Source: a virus (taxonomy: Duplodnaviria > Caudoviricetes). From it: 64,000 nt of DNA. Shown here piece by piece: positions 9,485-19,264 of this stretch. The notes beneath the pieces were generated by a model. The model saw only the letters and a list, made by a program, of their open reading frames with translations, had not been told where the DNA came from and did no database searches. Position 1 is the first letter of the stretch. Each line of letters opens with the position of its first letter. Where the stretch lies: the IMG/VR virus record IMGVR_UViG_3300009169_000019, positions 1 to 64,000 of that record; one strand, 5' to 3'. The position numbers were made by a program, and so were the translations under genes.

Positions 9485-10468
9485 ATGCTAACAACCAAAA
9501 ATATAATAATAGATTATAAAGACGTACCAACTACATGGATATTTGAGCATTATTGCAACCTTAATCAGAAATTAAATGGTCAGGATGTTAAAATAAAAAG
9601 TATGTTTAATAATGCTGATAAGATCCCAAGCATGTGTATTTATTATGATAAAATAAAAAGCGTATACAAATTTAAAGATTTTTCTAGTGGTAAATCTGGT
9701 GAAGGTGCCAATCTACTTATGTATCTGTATAATCTAACATTTAGTGAAGCTGCTTTTAAACTTATTAACGATTATAAAGAATACATTAAGAATAATCATA
9801 AATCAGATGTAAAAATTAATGAATATGCTAAGTTTAAAGTAACAGACTTTATTATAAAAACATGGAATATATTAGATAGAGACTTTTGGGTAAAATATAA
9901 TATTGGAACTACTATTCTAAATAAATATAATGTTAAACCTCTTAGTAAATACACTATGAGTAAAGAAGAAGATGGTAGGACAGAAAGCATTACTATATCT
10001 GGTGATTATTTATATGGATATTTTAAAAATGATGGTACACTCTATAAAATTTATCAACCAAAAAATAAAAAAAAGAAGTTTATAAAAGTAAAATCTTATA
10101 TACAAGGTCTTGAGCAATGTGAAAATCATTCTTATTTGCTTATAACTAGTAGTCTTAAAGATATTATGTCTATCAAAAGTCTCGGTGTTAAAATAGATTG
10201 TATAGCTGCTGATAGTGAAAACACATTTATTCCTAAATCGGAAATAGTTAAACTTATGGAATCTTATAAGTCTATATCTGTATGTTTTGATAATGATTTA
10301 CCAGGTATTACATCTATGCAGAAATATAAAGAACTTTATGGGTTTAATGTATTTTATTTACCACTCAGTAAAGATATAAGTGATAGTATTAAAGATTATG
10401 GAGTTAAGAAAGTTTTATATACTTTTGTTCCTCTAATAAATAAATCATTTGAAAATGGCAAAAGCTAG
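9485..10468 (+). CDS. Primase (DnaG/TOPRIM type, crAss-like)
   Basis: FKDFSSGKSG N-terminal motif, ITSSLKD, TOPRIM FDND..G, KDISD. Confidence 0.85.
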   Translation: MLTTKNIIIDYKDVPTTWIFEHYCNLNQKLNGQDVKIKSMFNNADKIPSMCIYYDKIKSVYKFKDFSSGKSGEGANLLMYLYNLTFSEAAFKLINDYKEYIKNNHKSDVKINEYAKFKVTDFIIKTWNILDRDFWVKYNIGTTILNKYNVKPLSKYTMSKEEDGRTESITISGDYLYGYFKNDGTLYKIYQPKNKKKKFIKVKSYIQGLEQCENHSYLLITSSLKDIMSIKSLGVKIDCIAADSENTFIPKSEIVKLMESYKSISVCFDNDLPGITSMQKYKELYGFNVFYLPLSKDISDSIKDYGVKKVLYTFVPLINKSFENGKS

Positions 10469-10880
10469 AAAATCTAAAGTTGTAAAAACAAGAAAAAATG
10501 CTGTACCTAAAACTAGAAATTCTGGTACAATGACAGAAGCAGCATTTTGGTCATTTATAAGATCAGCATTAAGACAGAAGTCAAGATGGTGGAAACCAGT
10601 TTCAGAATGTAAACAAAATGCTAGAAGAATATATGCAGGACCATTGAAAAGACAAAAGTGGGAATTTCAATGTAACTATTGTAAAAAATGGTTTAAAGAT
10701 AAAGATATAGCCGTTGACCACATTATACCTGCTGGTGCGCTTAACTGTTGTTATGACCTTCCAGAATTTGTTGAAAGACTATTTTGTGAAGCTGGAGGAT
10801 TGCAAGTATTATGTGCTAATGGAGAAAATTCATGTCACCATATTAAAACGCAAAGTGAAAGAAAAAATAAAAGATGTTAA
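10455..10880 (+). CDS. HNH endonuclease
   Basis: CNYC...VDHIIP...LQVLC...CHHIKT. Confidence 0.85.
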   Translation: MAKARKSKVVKTRKNAVPKTRNSGTMTEAAFWSFIRSALRQKSRWWKPVSECKQNARRIYAGPLKRQKWEFQCNYCKKWFKDKDIAVDHIIPAGALNCCYDLPEFVERLFCEAGGLQVLCANGENSCHHIKTQSERKNKRC

Positions 10881-10890
10881 AAATATAAAT

Positions 10891-11100
10891 ATGGAAGATT
10901 ATAAAATAAAAGAAAATGAAAAATTTTTTACTAATGTATTAAATATGTTAGTTGAAGGAGGTTCATATGGATTTCCTAAAGCTATGCAGACTTATACAAA
11001 AGAAAATAATAAATTAGTAGGAAATACAATAGCTTTATCACATATAAAAGATATAGTTAGTGATGAATTTTATAATGAAAATTTTAAACTAAAAGAATAA
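10891..11100 (+). CDS. Hypothetical protein (probable start MEDYKIK)
   Basis: ATG after an A-rich leader, in frame with the track ORF 10714..11100. Confidence 0.6.
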   Translation: MEDYKIKENEKFFTNVLNMLVEGGSYGFPKAMQTYTKENNKLVGNTIALSHIKDIVSDEFYNENFKLKE

Positions 11101-11105
11101 AACTT

Positions 11106-11285
11106 ATGCCAGAACTACATGAAACAATGATGGGTAAAAAACTTATTACATCAGATATACCTAAACTAATAACTAATATTGAAAAATTAGGAGGTATTTT
11201 AGAAAAAATAAATGTTACTTTAGAAGATATGTATGACATATTACTAGAATTTAAAACTAATCAAAATGAAAGAATTAACAAATAG
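11106..11285 (+). CDS. Hypothetical 59-aa protein (MPELHETMMGKKLITSDIPKL...)
   Basis: Manually read ORF below the track cut-off; fills the gap in the operon. Confidence 0.6.
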   Translation: MPELHETMMGKKLITSDIPKLITNIEKLGGILEKINVTLEDMYDILLEFKTNQNERINK

Positions 11286-11388
11286 TCAATTAATTCAGTT
11301 TATAGAAAGCCTGGAAGCTACTTGTACAGATAAAGTTACAGTAGCTAAAATTGTAAAATTTTTAAAGGAAAACAATATATGGAATTAA
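11266..11388 (+). CDS. Hypothetical 40-aa protein (MKELTNSQLIQFIESLE...)
   Basis: Manually read ORF overlapping both neighbours. Confidence 0.5.
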   Translation: MKELTNSQLIQFIESLEATCTDKVTVAKIVKFLKENNIWN

Positions 11389-11657
11389 AAATACTTAGAT
11401 TTGGAGCAGTATGGTGCCAACCATCTAAAGTAGTTGATTCTATTGTAAATATGATTAATGAAGAAAATGATAATGTAGAATACATTACATATGATTATTC
11501 AAATGATCCAGATATGTTTAGCAAATATAAGATAATAAGTGTACCAACACTTATTATTTTAGATAAAAAAGATAAAGAATTAGAAAAAATTAGAGGAATA
11601 TTTCCTAAAATAAAATTGACATTATTAATAGAAAAATATAAAAATGAAAACATTTAA
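11379..11657 (+). CDS. Thioredoxin-fold protein with CxxS site
   Basis: FGAVWCQPSK, KYKIISVPTLI (cis-Pro motif). Confidence 0.85.
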   Translation: MELKILRFGAVWCQPSKVVDSIVNMINEENDNVEYITYDYSNDPDMFSKYKIISVPTLIILDKKDKELEKIRGIFPKIKLTLLIEKYKNENI

Positions 11658-12678
11658 TGAATTAAGTGATTATATACAAAGTGCAGAAGATAAGTTTTAT
11701 AGTGAGTATTTTTATTTTTCGTACAGTAGTATAAATAAATTACTATGGAATCCAGCAGCTTTTTATCAATCATATGTTCTTGGACAAAAAGAGGAAATAA
11801 CATCTCCTTCTTTATTACAAGGTAAAGTAATACACGCTCTTCTACTTAGTGAGCAATACTTTAATGATATGTATATTATATCTAAGGATAATTTTCCAAC
11901 AGGAAATTCTAAAATTGTAATTGACAAATTGTTTAATCATTATAAAGAACTAAAAGCTAACGGAGATGAAAGAACATCATTAAATGAATTTGAAAATGCT
12001 ATATTAGATATTCTTTTAGACATGAAATATCATCAATCTCTTAAAACAGATCAACAAAGATTAGATAAAATTATTACACCTGAAACAGAAAATTACTGGA
12101 ACTTTCTTACAACCAAAGAAAATAAAGAAGTTATTGATACACAAACATATAATTTCTGTTTAGATGCGACTAATATTATTAGAAAAAACCCAGAGATTTC
12201 AGAATTAATGGGTCTTAATTTAACAGAATTTGATAACAAAGAAGTGCACAATGAGATTGAACTGAGAAAAAAGTTAGATAGGTTTTCATTTGGACTTAAA
12301 GGAATTCTAGATAATATTGTTTTAGATCATGAACATAAAACAATATATATCAACGATCTTAAAACAACTAGTAAAGAACTCAAAGATTTTCCAGAAAGTA
12401 TAGAATATTATTCATATTGGATGCAAATGACTGTTTATATGATATTAGTATATTTTAATTATAATAATTATATTAGTAATGAAAACTATAAAATAAAATC
12501 TCATTTTATAGTTATTGATAAAAACATGATGACATACGCCTTTGAAATAAGTAATAATACACAACAAACATGGTTTAATAGATTTATGAATGAAGTAATG
12601 CCTATAGTAGAGTATCACTATACAGAACATAATTATACTCTCCCTTACAAATTTTGTAAACAAAAGTTTATTTTATAA
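11644..12678 (+). CDS. PD-(D/E)XK exonuclease (RecB/Cas4-like)
   Basis: FSYSSI, GKVIHALL, LKGILDNI..D...IYINDLKT, YWMQ..VY. Confidence 0.85.
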   Translation: MKTFNELSDYIQSAEDKFYSEYFYFSYSSINKLLWNPAAFYQSYVLGQKEEITSPSLLQGKVIHALLLSEQYFNDMYIISKDNFPTGNSKIVIDKLFNHYKELKANGDERTSLNEFENAILDILLDMKYHQSLKTDQQRLDKIITPETENYWNFLTTKENKEVIDTQTYNFCLDATNIIRKNPEISELMGLNLTEFDNKEVHNEIELRKKLDRFSFGLKGILDNIVLDHEHKTIYINDLKTTSKELKDFPESIEYYSYWMQMTVYMILVYFNYNNYISNENYKIKSHFIVIDKNMMTYAFEISNNTQQTWFNRFMNEVMPIVEYHYTEHNYTLPYKFCKQKFIL

Positions 12679-12688
12679 ATTGTAAATA

Positions 12689-13225
12689 ATGATAAAACAG
12701 TTATATAGTAAGTATTTTCAGAAATCTAAAATATTTCTTTATCCTCTTCTTAGACTTCCTAAATCTGAAAAAGATGAGTTTTTGGTAGAAACATTTCTAA
12801 AATACGAAGATATAGAAATAGAAGACTGTAAAATCATTTGTCAATATAATGTAAAAGATGTTTTATGCTTTCTTAAATACAGAAAAGATAACATATTAAA
12901 ATCACCATATTTTATTTTTGAGAAACAATTAGATAAAGATGTGTATATATTTATTTTTGATTTATCAAACTTCAAAACAGATTATCACTATTTCTTGTTA
13001 GGAAATTATTCTAAATTCACTCAAAAATCAAAAAATCTTATTAAAAAATATTTTGGTAATAACTCACAACAGTATGAATATATAGACACTTTTTTATATC
13101 CTACAGAGTATTTTGAAAAATACTCTGAGCTTTTAGATGTAAATAAAGAAACTTTAATTTATATTGGAGAGTTGTGTGATAAGTATGATTTTGAAAAAGA
13201 ATGGTTAAATAACTTAAATACTTAA
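12689..13225 (+). CDS. Hypothetical protein
   Basis: 178-aa ORF in operon. Confidence 0.7.
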   Translation: MIKQLYSKYFQKSKIFLYPLLRLPKSEKDEFLVETFLKYEDIEIEDCKIICQYNVKDVLCFLKYRKDNILKSPYFIFEKQLDKDVYIFIFDLSNFKTDYHYFLLGNYSKFTQKSKNLIKKYFGNNSQQYEYIDTFLYPTEYFEKYSELLDVNKETLIYIGELCDKYDFEKEWLNNLNT

Positions 13226-13235
13226 AATTTTTTTT

Positions 13236-13266
13236 TTTGGTTTTTAAAAACAGATTCATATATTTG
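13236..13266 (+). promoter_or_regulatory. Bacteroidota sigma-A promoter
   Basis: TTTG (13236-13239), 19 nt spacer, TATATTTG (13259-13266); matches the -33/-7 consensus just before ORF 13281. Confidence 0.8.
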
Positions 13267-13280
13267 CAAAAACAATTTCA

Positions 13281-13661
13281 ATGAAAAATATGATGCTCTA
13301 TAAAAGCGGATGGGGAACAGAATCAAGTTTCGTACCTACTTTTAAAATGATTCCTACATTATCTGATTGCCCTTTTAACGAGGTGTTATTTGATCCTAAC
13401 AGTAAAATACTCGCTGTAGTAAGTAAAGAAAAAAAACAAGCTTATAGATTAGTTCCTAAATTAAATGACAAAGGTAGACCTGTAATTGTAACAGAAAAGG
13501 GTGTACCTGTTGAAGTTCAAGAAAGGAAACTTATGGATAACTTCTATGAATATTATCTAGAAAATTTAGATGATGTTCAAAGATTTATAGAAACGTTTGC
13601 CATCAATTCTGAAAGTTTTGATTGGAAAGAATACTTTAAAGAAGAAAAGAAACAAAATTAA
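13281..13661 (+). CDS. Hypothetical protein transcribed as its own unit
   Basis: ORF bracketed by a promoter and a terminator. Confidence 0.75.
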   Translation: MKNMMLYKSGWGTESSFVPTFKMIPTLSDCPFNEVLFDPNSKILAVVSKEKKQAYRLVPKLNDKGRPVIVTEKGVPVEVQERKLMDNFYEYYLENLDDVQRFIETFAINSESFDWKEYFKEEKKQN

Positions 13662-13677
13662 AAACCAACAAACTAAG

Positions 13678-13712
13678 AAAAGAGTGTGCAATATCAGCAC
13701 ACTCTTTTTTTT
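13678..13712 (+). terminator. Intrinsic terminator
   Basis: AAAAGAGTGTGC-AATATCA-GCACACTCTTTTTTTT. Confidence 0.85.
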
Positions 13713-13719
13713 CACTATT

Positions 13720-14031
13720 ATGAAGATTCCTTGTATTTGCATAGACGATAGCTTTAGACCTGAGTCATTTCCATCAAGTAAATGGGTGGTTAAAAACAGA
13801 AAATATCACATAATTAATGTTTCATTTCATCCATTACAAGATGGTGGTGTACAAGGTGTTACATTAGCAGAAATTGATTTAAATGATGGATGTTGCTATC
13901 CATACAAAACATTTAGAATTAACCGTTTTGCTATAACAGAAGAAGACTTTTTAAAACTTGTAGATGCACTTAAAAAAGATAAAAAAAATGTTGAAGAAGT
14001 GCTCAGAAAAGAAGAATTAGAATTAGTATAA
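13720..14031 (+). CDS. Hypothetical protein (probable start MKIPCICIDDS)
   Basis: ATG just after the terminator, in frame with the track ORF 13597..14031. Confidence 0.7.
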   Translation: MKIPCICIDDSFRPESFPSSKWVVKNRKYHIINVSFHPLQDGGVQGVTLAEIDLNDGCCYPYKTFRINRFAITEEDFLKLVDALKKDKKNVEEVLRKEELELV

Positions 14032-14062
14032 AAGGGAGACAGCTTAACTGAATAAATTAAAT

Positions 14063-15988
14063 ATGGCTAATCATTACGTAATGGATTTTGAAACCATTTC
14101 TAATTGTTTTGTGGGATGCTTTATTCATTATAAAGAAAATACAGAACATACATTCGTTGTACATAAATTAAGAAATGATTTTGAAAAACTTCTTGAATTT
14201 CTAGAAAACAATGCTAAGAATAATGAATGGCATATTTCATATAATGGAATAGCATTTGATTCTCAAATTACACATTACATCTTAGAAAATAAAGATAAAT
14301 TATTAAAACACAGTGGAGAAGTAATAGCTAGATTGTTATATGCTTATGCTCAAAAAACTATTATAAAACAGGATAAAAAAGAATTTAGTGATTATCCATC
14401 ATGGAAAATGTCAATTAAACAAATTGATTTATTTAAAATGAACCATTGGGATAACCCCGCTAAGAGTAGTAGCTTAAAATGGATACAGTATAGTATAGAT
14501 TGGAAAAATGTATTAGAGATGCCTATACATCATAATACAGAAATTACAACTTTAGAAGAAATACAAATGATAATAGAATATTGTCTAAACGATGTTAAAT
14601 CTACTAAAGAAATAATGAAGCTTTCAAAAGAACAAATAGCTCTTAGACAAAATCTTACTAAGGAATATGACATAGATTTATATAGTGCATCAGAACCTAG
14701 AATATCGAAAGAATTATTTTCTTATTTCTTAACTAAAAAATTAAATATAGAAAAGAAAGAACTTAGGGGATTAAGAACTTTTAGAAATGAAATAGCTATT
14801 AAAGATTGCATACTTCCTCAAATAGAATTTAAAACAGATGTTTTTAAAAGTGTACTAGACTATTTTAATAGTAAGGTTATTGTTGAAACAAAAGGTTCAT
14901 TAGATTACAAATTATCTTACAAAGGTGTTGATACATATTATGGTTTAGGTGGTCTACATGGTGCAAAAGATCCAGGTGTATATAAAGCAGAACCAGGATA
15001 TACAATTATGACTTCTGATGTAACTAGTTATTATCCAAACCTAGCTATTAAAAATGGATTTTCTCCTGCACATTTACCGGCTAAAGAATTTTTAGAACAA
15101 TATGAATGGTTTTTTGAAGAAAGAAAATTAATTCCAAAGTCTGATCCTAAAAACTATGTATATAAGATTATTTTAAATTCAACTTATGGTTTAAGTAATG
15201 ATGCTAATAGTTTTTTATATGATAGTTTTTTTACTATGTGTATTACTGTTAATGGACAATTATGGTTATCTAAACTTTATGAAATGTTATGTTTAGCAAT
15301 ACCAGAAGCTATACCTTTAATGCAAAATACAGATGGTTTAGAAATGATTATACCAGAAGGTAAAAAAGAATTATATTTAGAAGTTTGTAAAGAATGGGAA
15401 TCAATGACTAATTTACAATTAGAACATGATGAGTATTCTAAAATGATAATTAAAGACGTAAATAATTATATAGCTGTACATAAAAACGGTAAGACTAAAT
15501 GTAAGGGATTGTTTGAATTTAATAATTTAGCCCTACACAAAAACAAAAGTTTTCTTGTTATACCAAAAGCTATATATGAATTTTATGTAAATGGAACTAA
15601 ACCTGAAGATTATCTTAAAACAAACAGTAATATTTTTGATTATTGTGGAGCTGTAAAAGCTAAAGGTGATTGGAATTTTAAACTTACAGAAATAGTTCAA
15701 AATGATAATAATGAAAGTGTAATTAAAGACACAAAGCTTCAAAAATTAAATAGGTATTACATATCAAAAACTGGTCATAAAATTATAAAATATAATCCAG
15801 ATGGTAGAGAAATACAAACTGAAGCCGGTAAATGGAGACAAACACTTTGTAATAACATGGGTACAATAGATTCAGACATTAATAATCTAGATATTAATTA
15901 TGAATACTATTTAGAAAGGATATATAAAGAAATAGAAACTATTAGTTCAATTAATAAACATGGTTATGTACAAGGAACATTATTTTAA
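14063..15988 (+). CDS. polB: Family B DNA polymerase
   Basis: Exonuclease DFET and YNGIAFD; polymerase SDVTSYYPN, KIILNSTYG, NTDG. Confidence 0.95.
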   Translation: MANHYVMDFETISNCFVGCFIHYKENTEHTFVVHKLRNDFEKLLEFLENNAKNNEWHISYNGIAFDSQITHYILENKDKLLKHSGEVIARLLYAYAQKTIIKQDKKEFSDYPSWKMSIKQIDLFKMNHWDNPAKSSSLKWIQYSIDWKNVLEMPIHHNTEITTLEEIQMIIEYCLNDVKSTKEIMKLSKEQIALRQNLTKEYDIDLYSASEPRISKELFSYFLTKKLNIEKKELRGLRTFRNEIAIKDCILPQIEFKTDVFKSVLDYFNSKVIVETKGSLDYKLSYKGVDTYYGLGGLHGAKDPGVYKAEPGYTIMTSDVTSYYPNLAIKNGFSPAHLPAKEFLEQYEWFFEERKLIPKSDPKNYVYKIILNSTYGLSNDANSFLYDSFFTMCITVNGQLWLSKLYEMLCLAIPEAIPLMQNTDGLEMIIPEGKKELYLEVCKEWESMTNLQLEHDEYSKMIIKDVNNYIAVHKNGKTKCKGLFEFNNLALHKNKSFLVIPKAIYEFYVNGTKPEDYLKTNSNIFDYCGAVKAKGDWNFKLTEIVQNDNNESVIKDTKLQKLNRYYISKTGHKIIKYNPDGREIQTEAGKWRQTLCNNMGTIDSDINNLDINYEYYLERIYKEIETISSINKHGYVQGTLF

Positions 15989-15999
15989 ATAAAATAAAA

Positions 16000-16350
16000 A
16001 TGAAAAAAGACAAATGTTCATCCACAGGGAAAGTTATATTTGTTGATAAAAAAAATGCAGATAATGCAATAGAAGTCTTAAAGTTAATTAAAAGTCAAAA
16101 TAACAAAATATTTAGAAATAATAAAAAGACTAAAGACAAAATTTCACAGTCTAGAAGTTATTTTTGTATTCATTGTAAAGGATACCATTTAACTTCTATG
16201 ACTAGTGAAAATAATTATAAACAAAAACGGGAAACACAAAAAGATATAGATAGAAAGAATTTTTTAAAGAATTTTGATATTAAAAAATGGAAATCTGATT
16301 CATTACCTTTTGAATCAGGTCATATACCACCACCAAAAACAAAAAAATAA
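16000..16350 (+). CDS. Small Zn-binding phage protein
   Basis: C..TGK..F...RSYFCIHCKGYHLTS. Confidence 0.7.
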   Translation: MKKDKCSSTGKVIFVDKKNADNAIEVLKLIKSQNNKIFRNNKKTKDKISQSRSYFCIHCKGYHLTSMTSENNYKQKRETQKDIDRKNFLKNFDIKKWKSDSLPFESGHIPPPKTKK

Positions 16351-16352
16351 AA

Positions 16353-16682
16353 ATGGATAACGCAACACTTTGTATAAAAACTGTATTAACATCATTATCA
16401 ATAGCTGAAAAATATTTAGATCAATTTATTATAGAAACAAAACCTGTAATGGATACTAAAAAATTTTTAAATTTTGAATTAAAAAAGATACAATCTATAA
16501 CAAAAGATATTAATATTGTAGCAGGTCCACAAAATTCTAAAATTATTAATGATGAAATATTAAATAATTGGGATACCTTAGCAGTAAATAATGTATTGCA
16601 AATGATGGTTATGATGGATGATAAGAAAAGATTAGAACTTGAAAATTTTGCAGAAGAATTATTAAATAAAAAAATTAATTAA
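16353..16682 (+). CDS. Hypothetical protein
   Basis: 109-aa ORF in operon. Confidence 0.65.
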   Translation: MDNATLCIKTVLTSLSIAEKYLDQFIIETKPVMDTKKFLNFELKKIQSITKDINIVAGPQNSKIINDEILNNWDTLAVNNVLQMMVMMDDKKRLELENFAEELLNKKIN

Positions 16683-16684
16683 AT

Positions 16685-17326
16685 ATGGCAATCATTGGCA
16701 TTTCTGGTAAAATATCCAGTGGTAAAGATACCACTGCAGATATTATTAAATCTATGGATGTAGATAGCAAGTGGCAAATTAAAAAGTTTGCATATAAACT
16801 TAAACAAATAGCTAGTATTATTAGCGGTATTCCAATACATTTATTTGAGGATCAAGGATTTAAAGAAACATACATGTCAGATGCATGGGATCTTTATATT
16901 AAAGAAGACAAAACATTAATTTCTGAAAATGGAGCATATAATTCTCAACGACATGTTAAAATAAAAGTGAGAGATTTTTTGCAAAAAATTGGTACAGAAG
17001 CAATGCGAGACGGGCTTCACTATAATACTTGGGTGAATGCACTTATGGTGGATTATAAAAAGACTAAAAATAGTGATGAAGAATATGTAATGCCCAACTG
17101 GATTATTACAGATGTTAGATTCCCAAATGAATACGATGCTATTAAAAAACACAATGGTATCATAATCAGAGTGAATAGAGATAGTACAATTACAAATAAT
17201 CATGTGAGTGAAACGGCACTTGATAATCATGAATTTGATTATGTAATAAATAATAATGGATCAATTTCTGATCTTTATAATAATGTTACAAACTTTTTAA
17301 AACAATATTATGCTAGAATTTTCTAA
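16685..17326 (+). CDS. Deoxynucleoside monophosphate kinase
   Basis: IIGISGKISSGKDT, FAYKLK, RDFLQKIGTE, ITDVRFPNE, HVSE, NNGS. Confidence 0.92.
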   Translation: MAIIGISGKISSGKDTTADIIKSMDVDSKWQIKKFAYKLKQIASIISGIPIHLFEDQGFKETYMSDAWDLYIKEDKTLISENGAYNSQRHVKIKVRDFLQKIGTEAMRDGLHYNTWVNALMVDYKKTKNSDEEYVMPNWIITDVRFPNEYDAIKKHNGIIIRVNRDSTITNNHVSETALDNHEFDYVINNNGSISDLYNNVTNFLKQYYARIF

Positions 17327-17561
17327 ACCTATTCCTGTTATTGTAGAAGGAAACAAAGAAGGCTATGCATTATATGTCAACAACTCAGGAATGTTTGAGA
17401 ATGATGTATGGTGTGTAGTGTTATGTGATGGCGGTCATGTAAGACATTATATGTCTGATCAAATTAAAATATATGTAAATAGCACATTTAATATTATTAA
17501 AAAATCAAACCCAGTAGTAAATGAAAAAAGTATACCTGGCAATCCCTTATACCAACCTTGA
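17310..17561 (+). CDS. Hypothetical protein
   Basis: 83-aa coupled ORF. Confidence 0.65.
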   Translation: MLEFSKPIPVIVEGNKEGYALYVNNSGMFENDVWCVVLCDGGHVRHYMSDQIKIYVNSTFNIIKKSNPVVNEKSIPGNPLYQP

Positions 17562-17889
17562 GGAAATAAGTTATAAAGCAGCTAATGAAGTGGCTGCTAT
17601 GCTTATTGCACAAAAGATTTGTGTGTTTTCTCCGATATCTCACTCTCATCCTGTATGGAAAGCAGGAATAGGAATTGTAGAGCATAGTTGGGAAGTTTGG
17701 ATGGAACAAGACAAAGAATTTGTACAATGGTGCGATGAAGTGTGGGTAATTGAGTTAATTAATCATGATGGACTTGGTTTAATTTTTAAATCAAAAGGTG
17801 TGCAACAAGAAATAATGTGGGCTGAAGAGTTTAATAAACCTTATAAATTAATTAAATACAATACAAAAACAAAACAATTAGAATTATGA
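17521..17889 (+). CDS. DUF1937 / nucleoside 2-deoxyribosyltransferase-like protein
   Basis: VYLAIPYT, VFSPISHSH, W...D...WCDEVWV, SKGVQQEI.WA. Confidence 0.8.
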   Translation: MKKVYLAIPYTNLEEISYKAANEVAAMLIAQKICVFSPISHSHPVWKAGIGIVEHSWEVWMEQDKEFVQWCDEVWVIELINHDGLGLIFKSKGVQQEIMWAEEFNKPYKLIKYNTKTKQLEL

Positions 17890-18437
17890 TTTTATCAGAC
17901 AAAAAGATTTTAGAAGAATTTGAAAAAGGTAATATTATTATTCATCCATTTGAGATGAAATATTTAAATCCGGTATCTGTAGATCTTACATTAAATCCAG
18001 AATTTAAAATTTATAAAAAAGGTGTATTAGATGTACGTAAACCTAATGAAACAGAATCATTTACTATTCCTGAAGAGGGATATGTATTAGAACCTGGTGA
18101 TGTATATCTATATGCTTGTAATGAGCGTATTGGTGTAAAGAGTAATATAAGAGCAAAGGTAGAAGGTAAGTCTTCACTTGGTAGACTTGGGCTATTTGTA
18201 CACGTTACAGCAGGTTTTATTGACCCTGGCTTTGAAGGAAGTCTTGTACTTGAACTTGTAGCTACAAGACCTATTAGAATCTATCCTAATATGAAGATAT
18301 GCCAAATTGAATTTGCTTATGTAAATGGTGATATTATTCAAACATATGATAAGAAAGCTGGAAGCAAATACATGAATCAAACTGGTGTTCAAGAATCAAA
18401 ATATTATCTTAATGAAAATAATACACCAAAAAACTAA
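17886..18437 (+). CDS. dcd: dCTP deaminase
   Basis: MILSD, NPVSVDLTL, GKSSLGRLGL.VHVTAGFIDPGFEG.LVLE, KY.NQ.G. Confidence 0.95.
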   Translation: MILSDKKILEEFEKGNIIIHPFEMKYLNPVSVDLTLNPEFKIYKKGVLDVRKPNETESFTIPEEGYVLEPGDVYLYACNERIGVKSNIRAKVEGKSSLGRLGLFVHVTAGFIDPGFEGSLVLELVATRPIRIYPNMKICQIEFAYVNGDIIQTYDKKAGSKYMNQTGVQESKYYLNENNTPKN

Positions 18438-19263
18438 AACATTAACAACAAGAGATAATGGGAGAAGTAGTGATGCTATTTCTCCCAATTTTATTTATGG
18501 CTGCAACGGGGGATGTCTTTCATCATATTGTTATGTTGCTAGATATAACAATGACAGAGTGTATATAAATGAGAATAGAGCAGATATATTTAATAGTATA
18601 GATAACTGGGTGAGTAAACAACCTAATGTTAAAACCCCTAATCAAATAGATGATAAGTATTATACAATAGATATAGGATGTAGTACAGATGTTCCTTTAA
18701 TGAGAAAACAATATGATTGGCAAAAAGTATTTGACTACTTTAATAATCATCCTAAACTTAAATCAACATTTGCCACTAAATATCCAACAAAATTTAAACC
18801 TGAAGAGTATAGTTTAAATCCAGATAAACATAGGATTAGAGTAAGTTTAATGCCTCAGAAATATTCTGATATACTAGAACCTAAAACTGATTTTATATCT
18901 GAACGCATACAATCTATTCCTAGATTACAAAAATATATGGAAGTGCATATAAATTATAGTCCTATTATTTATAAAGAAGGATGGTTAGATGAATACAAAA
19001 AACTATTTGAAGAAGTTAAAAGTGCTAGTATAGATGTTAAATGTGAATGTATCTTTTTGACACACAATAAGTTTCAGCATGAAAGGAATTCAGAAGAAGT
19101 AAGAGAGCTTCTATGGAATCCTGATATACAAGAAACTAAAGACTCTCAATATGCTGCTGACAACATTAGATATAGGTGGCAACTTAAAAACAAAATGATA
19201 GAACAATTTAAGGAACTATACAGTGAGTATTTTCCTATTAATAACATTAGATATATATTTTAA
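18412..19263 (+). CDS. Spore-photoproduct-lyase-like radical SAM protein
   Basis: SSDAISPNF..GCNGGCLSSYCYV, DIGCSTD, TFATKY, RIRVSLMPQ, EVHINYSPII, RYIF terminus. Confidence 0.8.
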   Translation: MKIIHQKTKTLTTRDNGRSSDAISPNFIYGCNGGCLSSYCYVARYNNDRVYINENRADIFNSIDNWVSKQPNVKTPNQIDDKYYTIDIGCSTDVPLMRKQYDWQKVFDYFNNHPKLKSTFATKYPTKFKPEEYSLNPDKHRIRVSLMPQKYSDILEPKTDFISERIQSIPRLQKYMEVHINYSPIIYKEGWLDEYKKLFEEVKSASIDVKCECIFLTHNKFQHERNSEEVRELLWNPDIQETKDSQYAADNIRYRWQLKNKMIEQFKELYSEYFPINNIRYIF

Positions 19264-19264
19264 C

